A DNA stretch of 64,000 nt from an uncultured Smithella sp. (GTDB taxonomy: Bacteria; Desulfobacterota; Syntrophia; Syntrophales; Smithellaceae): assembly GCA_964394715.1 (NCBI GenBank), contig CAYMYR010000001.1, positions 24,895 to 88,894 on the forward strand, read 5' to 3'. Position 1 is the first letter of the stretch; each line of letters opens with the position of its first letter. This document shows positions 45,324 to 53,203 of the stretch, one piece after another. The notes beneath the pieces are model-generated. The model was not told the DNA's origin and searched no databases. It saw only the letters and a program-made list of their open reading frames with translations. A program made the translations under genes and the position numbers.

Positions 45324-46346
45324 ATGAGAGTCAGCTATCTTCTGATCGCATCCGCGATGACCATCCTGCTCATTGCCTGTTCGGGAAGCGGCGGGCATGT
45401 CAAAAAGAGCCCGGAAACCCGGACAGATTCCAGTTCAGAAACCCTTTCAACGGAGGAAAAAACATCGGAAGGTCTCTCAACACTTCCCGAATTCGATGAA
45501 CCTTCGGAAGCAGTTCTGGCCGAGAGAATGATTGAACTGAAACAGCGTCTGGCCGCAAACGGAGTTCCCGAAGAATGGTTTGACGAACAGACCCGGCACG
45601 AATCCTTCAGAATCCACTCCTCCATTGCCCGTTACTTCCAGAAGGCCGCCGAAAAACAGGTCGATCATGACAAGAAACGAGACAGGGAATGGTACTTCGC
45701 AAGACTTGGCGTAGATGCCAAAATTGAAAAAGGCAGGACATTCATCGAAGCTCATAAAGCTATCTTCAACAGGGCCGAAGCAAAACACGGCATCCACAAG
45801 GAGTTGATCGCCGCTATCGTAGGCATTGAAACCAATTTTGCCGACCGTCATCAGCGGGGTAATTTCTACGCTTTCAATTCGCTGGTCTCACAATACGTTT
45901 TTACAAAACGGAAAAAATTTGCCGTCCGGGAAATCACGGCTCTCTATAAATTTTCAAAGAAGACGGGACACGCGCCTCAGTATTTCACCAGTTCTTACGC
46001 GGGGGCGATCGGGTGGGGACAGTTTATCCCGTCGTCGCTGCTGGCTTTTTTCATCGATTCGAACGGCATTCATGAGGATACGGATCCATTCTCCCTCGAA
46101 GATACCATTTTCAGCATAGAGAATTACCTCTACAGGCATAATCTTTCAGGAAACAACATCGCTGATCACGACGCTAAATATAAAGCCGTATTCGCCTACA
46201 ATCACAGTGATATCTATGTTTCCGCCGTTCTTTATATTTACGAAGGGCTGCGGGATGACTTCCACACAGCAAAACCGGAAGAACCGGCTCGTGCTTCCGA
46301 AGAAAAAGACGAAACAAAGGAAGAAAACGTTTCTTCTACACCCTGA
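45324..46346 (+). CDS. lytic murein transglycosylase (MltB/SLT_2-like lipoprotein)
   Basis: It has a lipobox (LLIACSG) and a catalytic region (AIVGIETNFA, with a Glu). Downstream it reads SYAGAIGWGQFIPSS...FAYNHSD.Y. The start is the ATG at 45324 (MRVSYLL) after AAGGA. The ORF-track start is 45267. Confidence 0.8.
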   Translation: MRVSYLLIASAMTILLIACSGSGGHVKKSPETRTDSSSETLSTEEKTSEGLSTLPEFDEPSEAVLAERMIELKQRLAANGVPEEWFDEQTRHESFRIHSSIARYFQKAAEKQVDHDKKRDREWYFARLGVDAKIEKGRTFIEAHKAIFNRAEAKHGIHKELIAAIVGIETNFADRHQRGNFYAFNSLVSQYVFTKRKKFAVREITALYKFSKKTGHAPQYFTSSYAGAIGWGQFIPSSLLAFFIDSNGIHEDTDPFSLEDTIFSIENYLYRHNLSGNNIADHDAKYKAVFAYNHSDIYVSAVLYIYEGLRDDFHTAKPEEPARASEEKDETKEENVSSTP

Positions 46347-46510
46347 TCTCACAGCGTTTTTTACACGACCCCCTGCTGACCGGCTTCTTTTTAAGCATAA
46401 ACTGATACAAGTATTGAAAAAAATACAGGACTGTAATAAAGCCAGTGACAAGAGCATCCAGGCATGAACTGGCAATACAAGTTTCAGGATTGGAAAGGAG
46501 AGCACGTTCC

Positions 46511-47389
46511 ATGGCGGACATAGACGGAATCAAAGAAGCTAAAATATTTTATACCGATATCCCGCAGAAAACGGAGGGATTTTTCCTTAAAGGAATGAAT
46601 TCTCAGGATTGGGGAATGAAAAACAGACTGGCAAGGATATTTAATCCTGCCTCCGGTCGGACCGTCATGCTGGCCATCGATCACGGCTACTTTCAGGGGC
46701 CCACCACCGGTTTAGAACGGGTCGATATTAATATCCTGCCCCTGGCACCGTATGCAGACACCCTGATGCTGACCCGCGGCATGCTTCGCAGCGTTATCCC
46801 GCCTTCAACGCCTCAATCCATCGTGCTCAGGGTTTCAGGAGGTGCCAGCATTCTCAAGGAATTGTCCAATGAGGACATTGCCGTGGACATTGAAGAATCC
46901 ATTCGTTTAAACGTCTGTGCCATGGCGGTTCAGGTCTTCATCGGCGGAGAATATGAAAAACAGTCCATCATCAACATGACCCGGATGGTTGATATCGGAA
47001 CCCGCTATGGCATACCCACGCTTGCTGTGACTGCCGTCGGCAAAGACATGGCCCGCGACGCGCAATACTTCCGACTGGCCTGCCGGATCTGCGCGGAGCT
47101 TGGCGCACATTACATCAAGACCTACTACATCGATAAAGATTTTGAAACGGTTACAGCATCCTGCCCCGTACCGATTGTTATTGCCGGAGGGAAAAAGATA
47201 CCCGAATCCGATGCATTGACAATGGCGTATAACGCCATCCAGCAGGGCGCCGCCGGCGTCGATATGGGGCGCAATATTTTTCAGTCCGATGCTCCCGTCG
47301 CTATGATCAAGGCTGTAAGGGCCGTCGTCCATGATAACGCGACTCCGGCAGAGGCCCTGGATCTTTATCACGCATTGAAGAATCAATGA
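46511..47389 (+). CDS. lsrF: LsrF-like class I aldolase-fold enzyme (3-hydroxy-5-phosphonooxypentane-2,4-dione thiolase family, DhnA/FbaB superfamily)
   Basis: It starts [20 protein letters not shown] and continues [46 protein letters not shown]. Later segments are [16 protein letters not shown] and [12 protein letters not shown], ending [21 protein letters not shown]. This is colinear with, and very similar to, E. coli LsrF as I recall its sequence. The ATG at 46511 follows AAGGAG. Confidence 0.8.
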   Translation: MADIDGIKEAKIFYTDIPQKTEGFFLKGMNSQDWGMKNRLARIFNPASGRTVMLAIDHGYFQGPTTGLERVDINILPLAPYADTLMLTRGMLRSVIPPSTPQSIVLRVSGGASILKELSNEDIAVDIEESIRLNVCAMAVQVFIGGEYEKQSIINMTRMVDIGTRYGIPTLAVTAVGKDMARDAQYFRLACRICAELGAHYIKTYYIDKDFETVTASCPVPIVIAGGKKIPESDALTMAYNAIQQGAAGVDMGRNIFQSDAPVAMIKAVRAVVHDNATPAEALDLYHALKNQ

Positions 47390-48399
47390 AAGTTTCCTTC
47401 TGGTATAATAATCAGGATATCCGGATCGAAGAAGTCTCAACTCCTGTTCCCGGGCCAAAGGAAATACTGGTCAAGGTGATCTCCTGCGGCATCTGCGGCA
47501 GTGATATTGTCGAATGGTATCGATTACCGCGAGCTCCGCTGGTACAGGGTCATGAAATTGGCGCCGAAGTGGTCACCACGGGATCTGATGTAAAGAAATA
47601 TCACGCCGGCGACCGTGTTTTCATCGCCCCGAAGGTGCCCTGTGGAAAATGTTTTTATTGCCAAAACGGACATGAACCCCAGTGCTCAGAAGTTCGTGAA
47701 CGCCTCCCCGGCGGTTTTGCCGAATACATCCTGGTACCGGAAATTCTATTGGAACGAGGAACATATCTGCTGCCTGAAAGTATCAGCTATGACCAGAGTA
47801 CATTCATTGAACCTCTTGCCTGCGTCGTCAGAGCCCAGAGGCGTGCCCGCGTTAAAAAAGAACAATCCGTAATGGTCATCGGGTGCGGAATGGGCGGACT
47901 GCTGAACATCAAACTGGCCAAGGCAAAAGGATGTAAAGTCATAGCCGTTGACATAAACCCGAAAAAACTGGAATTTGCCAGACGGATGGGGGCCGACATC
48001 ACACTGAACGCTGATGAGCATGTCCCCGATGAGCTGGCTCTTCAGAATGGTAAAAAGGCTGATGTCATACTCCTGTGTGCATCCGCCGATTCAGCGGTGG
48101 AACAGGCATGGAAATGTGTGGATAAGGGCGGCGTGATTGTTCTGTTTGCCGTTCCCGCTCCGGACAGGCAAGTCGTGGTACCTGTCAATGATTTCTGGAT
48201 GAAAGAAATAAGCATCCAGACTTCATATTACTGCGGACCTGATGATATTGCAGAGGCAATGAATCTGATAGAATCGCGCCAGGTTGTTGTTGACGATCTG
48301 ATCACACATCGACTTCCTCTGACCGATGTTGCAAAAGGTTTTAAGCTGGTGTCGGAAGGCCAGGATTCCATCAAGGTCATCATCAAGCCCCATTCATGA
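47386..48399 (+). CDS. zinc-dependent medium-chain dehydrogenase/reductase (threonine/sorbitol dehydrogenase-like)
   Basis: The catalytic Zn site is CGICGSD..., GHE.G. The structural Zn cysteines are [15 protein letters not shown]. The Rossmann motif is VIGCGMGG. The ATGA overlaps the lsrF-like stop. Confidence 0.88.
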   Translation: MKVSFWYNNQDIRIEEVSTPVPGPKEILVKVISCGICGSDIVEWYRLPRAPLVQGHEIGAEVVTTGSDVKKYHAGDRVFIAPKVPCGKCFYCQNGHEPQCSEVRERLPGGFAEYILVPEILLERGTYLLPESISYDQSTFIEPLACVVRAQRRARVKKEQSVMVIGCGMGGLLNIKLAKAKGCKVIAVDINPKKLEFARRMGADITLNADEHVPDELALQNGKKADVILLCASADSAVEQAWKCVDKGGVIVLFAVPAPDRQVVVPVNDFWMKEISIQTSYYCGPDDIAEAMNLIESRQVVVDDLITHRLPLTDVAKGFKLVSEGQDSIKVIIKPHS

Positions 48400-48466
48400 A
48401 AAAGATCTGTAGATCCTGCAATGTATTGAAATAAGAAGACAAAATCAACCTCCCCTGCCCCAAAGA

Positions 48467-48602
48467 CGGTCGCTGAGCCTGTCGAAGCGCGGTCCGGAAT
48501 CCAGTAATAATGGAACTAGTTCCCCGCACTCGTGCCCTCGCGTGACCTCGCGTGACCTTCAGGTTATTAGGGTATTCGGGGGGGATAACATCTGGATTCC
48601 GG
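48467..48602. repeat. mosaic of interspersed repeats (shared 23-mer, 11-bp inverted repeat pair, GTGACCT-type unit)
   Basis: The 23-mer CGGTCGCTGAGCCTGTCGAAGCG (48467-48489) equals 36559-36581. The pair ccggaatccag (48494-48504) / ctggattccgg (48592-48602) forms an inverted repeat. The unit gtgacctcgcgtgaccttcaggtta (48542-48566) matches the reverse complement of 11561-11585. Confidence 0.8.
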
Positions 48603-48607
48603 CCTTT

Positions 48608-48759
48608 GAGACTGTGTCTCAATGTCATTGCGAAGGAGCAACAGTGACTGAAGCAATCTCCTAAGTAGCCGAATACACGAGATTGCCACGACGCCTGAGA
48701 GGCGTCTCGCAGCGTGTGACCTGCAAGGTTATGACCATGCTGAATTGCGACACAGCCTC
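48608..48759. mobile_element. MITE-like element, copy 2 (about 150 bp)
   Basis: The ends are GAGACTGTGTCtCAAT and AATTGcGACACAGcCTC, the same terminal-repeat family as 44916-45090. The interior has nested palindromes, gcaatctc...gagattgc and gacgcct-gag-aggcgtc, plus gtcattgcgaagg. Confidence 0.6.
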
Positions 48760-48804
48760 TTTGCCGGCATGATAATTTCTATTGTAATTCCACCTTGTAA
48801 TAGT

Positions 48805-48833
48805 TCTTGATTTTTTACTGGGCATGGTATAGA
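48805..48833 (+). promoter_or_regulatory. candidate promoter (extended -10) for the rpsF operon
   Basis: The sequence is TCTTGA, a 17-nt spacer, then TATAGA, with a TG dinucleotide one nt upstream of the -10 (TGgTATAGA). Confidence 0.35.
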
Positions 48834-48911
48834 AATCGCGTTCACAATTTAATAGGGACTCCCCTTGCTCCTGAACTGTGTCAGGGGCTATAGACCCGAA
48901 AGGAGGAAATT

Positions 48912-49385
48912 TTGAAAAGATACGAAGTTGTCGCTATTGTCAAATCGGACCTGACGGAGGAAGAAATCAACGCCATTATGGAGCGATCTTCCAATATCAT
49001 CACCGAACGTCAGGGGGTCATCGCCAAAGCTGAAAAATGGGGCAAACGGCGGCTGGCCTACGAAATCAAAAAACAGAAAGACGGATTTTATTTTTTCATC
49101 GACTATGCCGGTGAAGGATCCATCGTGTCTGAAATGGAAAGAAATTTTAAAATCGATGACCGGGTTTTAAAATTCATGACTGTAAACAAGGAAGGTGCGG
49201 TCACCCGCGAAGGGATGGATGCGGAAGTGGCGGCAGCGGAAGTCAAACGCTCCCAGATCCGCATTGAGACTGAGAATGCAGCGGCCAATAAAGACGAAAA
49301 GGCCGCCGCAGGCGAAGCCAGACCCGCTAGGCCGGCTCCGAGAAAAACCATCACCCGGGAAGAAAATTCAACGAAAGGGGAATAA
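48912..49385 (+). CDS. rpsF: 30S ribosomal protein S6 (with extended charged C-terminal tail)
   Basis: The protein starts [10 protein letters not shown] and continues [12 protein letters not shown]...G.Y. It uses a TTG start after AAAGGAGGA. Confidence 0.93.
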   Translation: MKRYEVVAIVKSDLTEEEINAIMERSSNIITERQGVIAKAEKWGKRRLAYEIKKQKDGFYFFIDYAGEGSIVSEMERNFKIDDRVLKFMTVNKEGAVTREGMDAEVAAAEVKRSQIRIETENAAANKDEKAAAGEARPARPAPRKTITREENSTKGE

Positions 49386-49387
49386 AC

Positions 49388-49657
49388 ATGGCTGTATCCA
49401 ACGGCGAAAGACCATCACGTCCGGCTCACAAGAAATTTTTTCACAGAAAGAAATTCTGCAGATTCTGCACGGACTCCAATATTAAAATTGATTATAAAAA
49501 CCCTGTAATCCTCAGTAATTTTGTCACAGAACGCGGCAAGATTATGCCCAGAAGAATCACCGGCAATTGCGCCTGTCACCAGAGAGAACTGACCGTTGCC
49601 ATCAAGCGCGCCCGCACCATCGCAATCATGCCTTTTGTTACCGCGGAAGGCAGATAA
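49388..49657 (+). CDS. rpsR: 30S ribosomal protein S18
   Basis: The protein reads [10 protein letters not shown]...IDYKN...L..F.TERGKI.PRRITG.CA.HQR.L..AIKRAR..A..PF. Confidence 0.95.
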   Translation: MAVSNGERPSRPAHKKFFHRKKFCRFCTDSNIKIDYKNPVILSNFVTERGKIMPRRITGNCACHQRELTVAIKRARTIAIMPFVTAEGR

Positions 49658-49671
49658 AGAAAATTTCAAAT

Positions 49672-49710
49672 ATTCCGGCCGGTTTTTCCCTAGTTTGGAC
49701 CGGCCGGAAT
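49672..49710. other. strong hairpin after rpsR (possible partial terminator/attenuator)
   Basis: A 12-bp perfect stem (attccggccggt / accggccggaat) closes a 15-nt loop. There is no clear U-tract. Confidence 0.4.
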
Positions 49711-49774
49711 TGATTTACCCGCTGGCAGAAACTTTTTCAATATCATAGACGTTTTTTCGGCACAGGTTATACCC

Positions 49775-50737
49775 TTGGCAAACACAAGTTTATTCTCTTC
49801 AAACAGTCCGTTTTTCAGACTGTTGCTGATTATTACATTTTTTTCAGCAGCTTCCCTGATTCCCTTCATCGGTTTACTGTTCCTCATGATGTTGCCGACG
49901 GTTTTATTTGTCCTTTACCTGCTCAATGATCCAACCAAGACACTGCTTGCTTTTGGGGTTGTGCTTTGCGGCATGGCAGTCCTCCTAGCGTCCATACATT
50001 CCATCCTGCCCTTGTTTGCACTGACCTCAATGGGACTGGTCGGCATGGCAATGGCCCGAACAGCTCAAAAGAATTATTCCGTTGAAATCATCATGATCCT
50101 GCCCGCTTTGATTCTCCTGGGCGCAATCGCTTTTTATGTCTTCTACAGCGCATCCCAGCTTTCGATGAGCCCATGGCAACTGATTGAAAAATATTTCACG
50201 CAGGCTGTTGAACTAAACATAAAATTATACAGCCAGCTGCCTTTAACACCCGAAGAACTCAAAGCGATTCAAGACAGCAAACCCACCGTCATTAAACTTT
50301 TTACAGGAATTTTCCCCGCCCTTTGCATTATTACAGTATTATTCACGGTCTGGATGAACACACTCATGGGGAACAGAATCCTGTTCAAAACCGGTATGAT
50401 TCTGCCTCAACTTTCCGCACTGTGCGAATGGCGGGCGCCGGGCTGGCTGGTGTGGTTTTTTATTGCAGGCGGCGCTTTGAGTTTGCTTGCACAAACAAAT
50501 ATCCGTCTTTGGGGACTGAATGTTTTTCTGGTTGTATCTGCTATCTATCTGCTTCAAGGTCTTGCTATTGTTAGCTTCTTTTTTCAGCATAAAAACATCC
50601 CCTTCTTTTTCCGCTGGCTGGGCTATTTTTTAATTGCGATTCAGCAAATTCTTATGATAGCAATAGCTGCGATAGGGTTATTCGATATCTGGGTCGATTT
50701 TCGAAAATATTTTCGTAAAGATCAGTCAACAACTTGA
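49775..50737 (+). CDS. DUF2232 (YybS-like) polytopic membrane protein
   Basis: The protein is about 320 aa and multi-TM. It occupies the conserved position between rpsR and rplI, as yybS does in other phyla. The start is uncertain: the TTG at 49775 has no RBS, and ATG 49886 is an alternative. Confidence 0.6.
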   Translation: MANTSLFSSNSPFFRLLLIITFFSAASLIPFIGLLFLMMLPTVLFVLYLLNDPTKTLLAFGVVLCGMAVLLASIHSILPLFALTSMGLVGMAMARTAQKNYSVEIIMILPALILLGAIAFYVFYSASQLSMSPWQLIEKYFTQAVELNIKLYSQLPLTPEELKAIQDSKPTVIKLFTGIFPALCIITVLFTVWMNTLMGNRILFKTGMILPQLSALCEWRAPGWLVWFFIAGGALSLLAQTNIRLWGLNVFLVVSAIYLLQGLAIVSFFFQHKNIPFFFRWLGYFLIAIQQILMIAIAAIGLFDIWVDFRKYFRKDQSTT

Positions 50738-50772
50738 TATTATAAACAATTCAATGATGGCAGGAGGTTTCC

Positions 50773-51222
50773 ATGAAGGTTATTTTAAAACAAAACGTAC
50801 CTTCTCTGGGCAAGGCCGGCGATCTGATAAAAGTCAATGATGGTTATGCCCGCAATTTGCTGATTCCGAAAGGACTGGCAGTCGAGGCTGACGATAAAAA
50901 TATCAAAGCCTATGAATTTGAAAAAAAGAATATCCTGCGAAAAGCACAAAAAGAGAAGACCGGTGCGCAGGAACTGGCTGAACGTCTGGCACAGGTTACG
51001 CTGACTTTACCTCGAAAAGTAGGAGACCAGCACAAGATCTTCGGTTCAGTCACCTCCAAAGATATCGAAGTGGCCCTCAAAGAAAAAGGCTTCGACATCG
51101 ACCGTAAAATGATCCTGCACGACGAACAGATCAAATCCTTGGGCGAATTCAAAGTGCGGGTCAAGCTGCTCCCCGGTGTTGAAACAGAACTGAAAGTGAA
51201 TGTTGTCGGCGAAGAGTCATGA
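50773..51222 (+). CDS. rplI: 50S ribosomal protein L9
   Basis: The protein starts MKVILKQNVPSLGKAGDLIKVNDGYARNLLIPKGLA, the canonical L9 N-terminus. Confidence 0.96.
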   Translation: MKVILKQNVPSLGKAGDLIKVNDGYARNLLIPKGLAVEADDKNIKAYEFEKKNILRKAQKEKTGAQELAERLAQVTLTLPRKVGDQHKIFGSVTSKDIEVALKEKGFDIDRKMILHDEQIKSLGEFKVRVKLLPGVETELKVNVVGEES

Positions 51223-52577
51223 AAGATATTGACCCTGCATTATATAAGCTTCCTCCGCAGAATATTGAAGCGGAGCAATCCATTCTGGGCAGTGTCCTGC
51301 TGGAGAATCATGCTATTAATGCAGCACAGGAAATTATCAACCAGAATGATTTTTACAATGAAGCGCACCGGAAAATTTTTTCCGTCATCGCCGATCTTGC
51401 CGACAAAAACGAGCCTGTTGACCTGATTACCTTGAGCAACGCCCTGAAAGACAGGAACCTTCTGGATTCCGTAGGCGGTACCGCTTATCTTGCTTCACTG
51501 GTGGATAACGTCCCCTCAGCCGCCAACGTTTCCAACTACGCAAAGATTGTCAAAGAAAAAGCGATTCTGCGCGGGCTGATTGGTTCAGCCACGGAAATCA
51601 TCAATAGCTGCTACGAAACCGGTTCCGATGTTGATCAGGTACTGGATAAAGCGGAGCACAGAATTTTTGAAATATCTGAAAATAAAATCCGGACTTCTTT
51701 CTACCCCATTAAAAATATCGTCAGGGAAAGCTTCAAGGCCATCGAAGACCTCTTCGCGCGCAAGGCGCTGATCACCGGCGTGGCCACCGGTTTTGATAAA
51801 ATCGATGATATGACTTCCGGTCTGCAGAACTCCGACCTGATCATTATCGCCGGCCGTCCCAGCATGGGTAAAACCGCTTTCGCGCTCAATATCGCTCAGT
51901 TTGCCGCACTGGAAACCCAGACACCCGTAGCAATCTTCTCGCTTGAAATGTCCAAGGAACAACTGGCCTTCAGAATGCTCTCGTCCGAGGCAAAGGTGGA
52001 TTCAGGACGAATCCGTAAAGGATATCTGGGAGAAACCGACTGGCCGAAACTGACGACAGCAGCGGGCAGGCTTTCGGAAGCGCCTCTCTACATAGACGAT
52101 ACACCGGCGATTACCGTTCTGGAAATGAAAGCGAAATCACGACGGCTCAAGGCGGAATCAGGCCTCGGGTTGATTATCGTGGACTATATTCAATTGATGA
52201 GAGCCAGCACCTATCAAAATTCCCGCGAGCAGGAAATATCGGAAATCAGCCGTTCGCTCAAAGCCCTTGCCAAAGAACTGAAGGTGCCCGTGATCGCTTT
52301 GTCCCAGCTGAACCGGAAAGTGGAAGACCGTCCGAACCGTAGACCGCAAATGGCTGATTTGCGTGAATCGGGCGCCATCGAACAGGACGCGGACGTCATC
52401 GCCTTTATCTATCGTGATGAAGTTTACAACAAGTCTGATGATAATCCTGATAAAGGTGTTGCAGAAATCATCATCGGCAAACAACGAAACGGCCCCACCG
52501 GATCCGTGAAACTGGCCTTTCTGGACAAGTTCACCACCTTTGAAAATCTGGCGCGTACAGATACACACCCACAGTAA
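51219..52577 (+). CDS. dnaB: replicative DNA helicase DnaB
   Basis: The protein reads PPQNIEAEQSILGS.L and has Walker A (AGRPSMGKTAFALN). Downstream segments are IVDYIQLM and ALSQLNR..E.R...RP...DLRESG.IEQDAD. There is no intein. The ATGA overlaps the rplI stop. Confidence 0.96.
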   Translation: MKDIDPALYKLPPQNIEAEQSILGSVLLENHAINAAQEIINQNDFYNEAHRKIFSVIADLADKNEPVDLITLSNALKDRNLLDSVGGTAYLASLVDNVPSAANVSNYAKIVKEKAILRGLIGSATEIINSCYETGSDVDQVLDKAEHRIFEISENKIRTSFYPIKNIVRESFKAIEDLFARKALITGVATGFDKIDDMTSGLQNSDLIIIAGRPSMGKTAFALNIAQFAALETQTPVAIFSLEMSKEQLAFRMLSSEAKVDSGRIRKGYLGETDWPKLTTAAGRLSEAPLYIDDTPAITVLEMKAKSRRLKAESGLGLIIVDYIQLMRASTYQNSREQEISEISRSLKALAKELKVPVIALSQLNRKVEDRPNRRPQMADLRESGAIEQDADVIAFIYRDEVYNKSDDNPDKGVAEIIIGKQRNGPTGSVKLAFLDKFTTFENLARTDTHPQ

Positions 52578-52642
52578 TGGTCTGAACGTATCTTGACGCG
52601 CTGATCCTTATCAAAAGTATTTTTACGGCACAGGCAGCGGAA

Positions 52643-53149
52643 ATGAAGCAGAAAGAAATCATCGTCAATGATAGGATGCAAAAAGATTACCATTATTTTT
52701 TGACCAAACCTGTCGGCAGAGATTTCGACCCTGAATTCCGGCCGGAACTGACACCGAAACAAATGCTGGAAATGGGTGTCTTCGGCGGAAAATATATGAC
52801 AGACTGCCAAAATGAATTCCCCCAATCCTGGTTTTCCAAAGCCAAACTCTCTCCCGAACGGCATGATCCGAAGCTGAACTGCTTTGGCGTCAACGCGTCA
52901 AAACCCCTCTCGTATTGGATTGCCAAAGGCTGGATTTACCCTGACGATCCCCGCGGCTGGTTTCAATGGTATTGCCGATACTACATGGGCCGTCGCTGCC
53001 CGGACGATGAAAGGCAGATCAAGCGTTGGAAAGCCATGCAGAGGCACATCGCCCAGCTGCGTAAACATTGTCCGGCAGGCGATCTTAACTGCCGGCGCAA
53101 ACAGCGCCAGGCCCTTTTGCACTGGGCTTACGACAGCCGCAGAATGTAA
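52643..53149 (+). CDS. conserved hypothetical protein (Trp/Arg/Cys-rich, family not identified)
   Basis: The 168-aa soluble protein contains GVFGGKYMTD, GWIYPDDPRGWFQWYCRYYMGRRCPDDERQIKRW and CPAGDLNCRRKQRQALLHWAY. I recognise it as a recurring conserved family but cannot name it. Confidence 0.5.
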   Translation: MKQKEIIVNDRMQKDYHYFLTKPVGRDFDPEFRPELTPKQMLEMGVFGGKYMTDCQNEFPQSWFSKAKLSPERHDPKLNCFGVNASKPLSYWIAKGWIYPDDPRGWFQWYCRYYMGRRCPDDERQIKRWKAMQRHIAQLRKHCPAGDLNCRRKQRQALLHWAYDSRRM

Positions 53150-53150
53150 T

Positions 53151-53184
53151 AAAAAAGGCGCTCCTTTTGGGGAGCGCCTTTTTA
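53151..53184. terminator. bidirectional intrinsic terminator (hypothetical gene / hppA convergent pair)
   Basis: The sequence is aaaaaaGGCGCTCCttttggGGAGCGCCttttt, a GC-rich 8-10 bp stem flanked by an A-run and a T-run. Confidence 0.85.
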
Positions 53185-53203
53185 GTTCAAGGGTTTGTGT
53201 TAA

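Noticed and set aside
38370-46360. A possible integrative element with an att duplication of the tRNA-Arg 3' end.
   Set aside because: There is no integrase or recombinase gene. The best downstream match to the tRNA 3' end that I found is only about 9 of 10 nt (tctcacagcg near 46349 versus tctcacatcg), which is far too short to call an attR.
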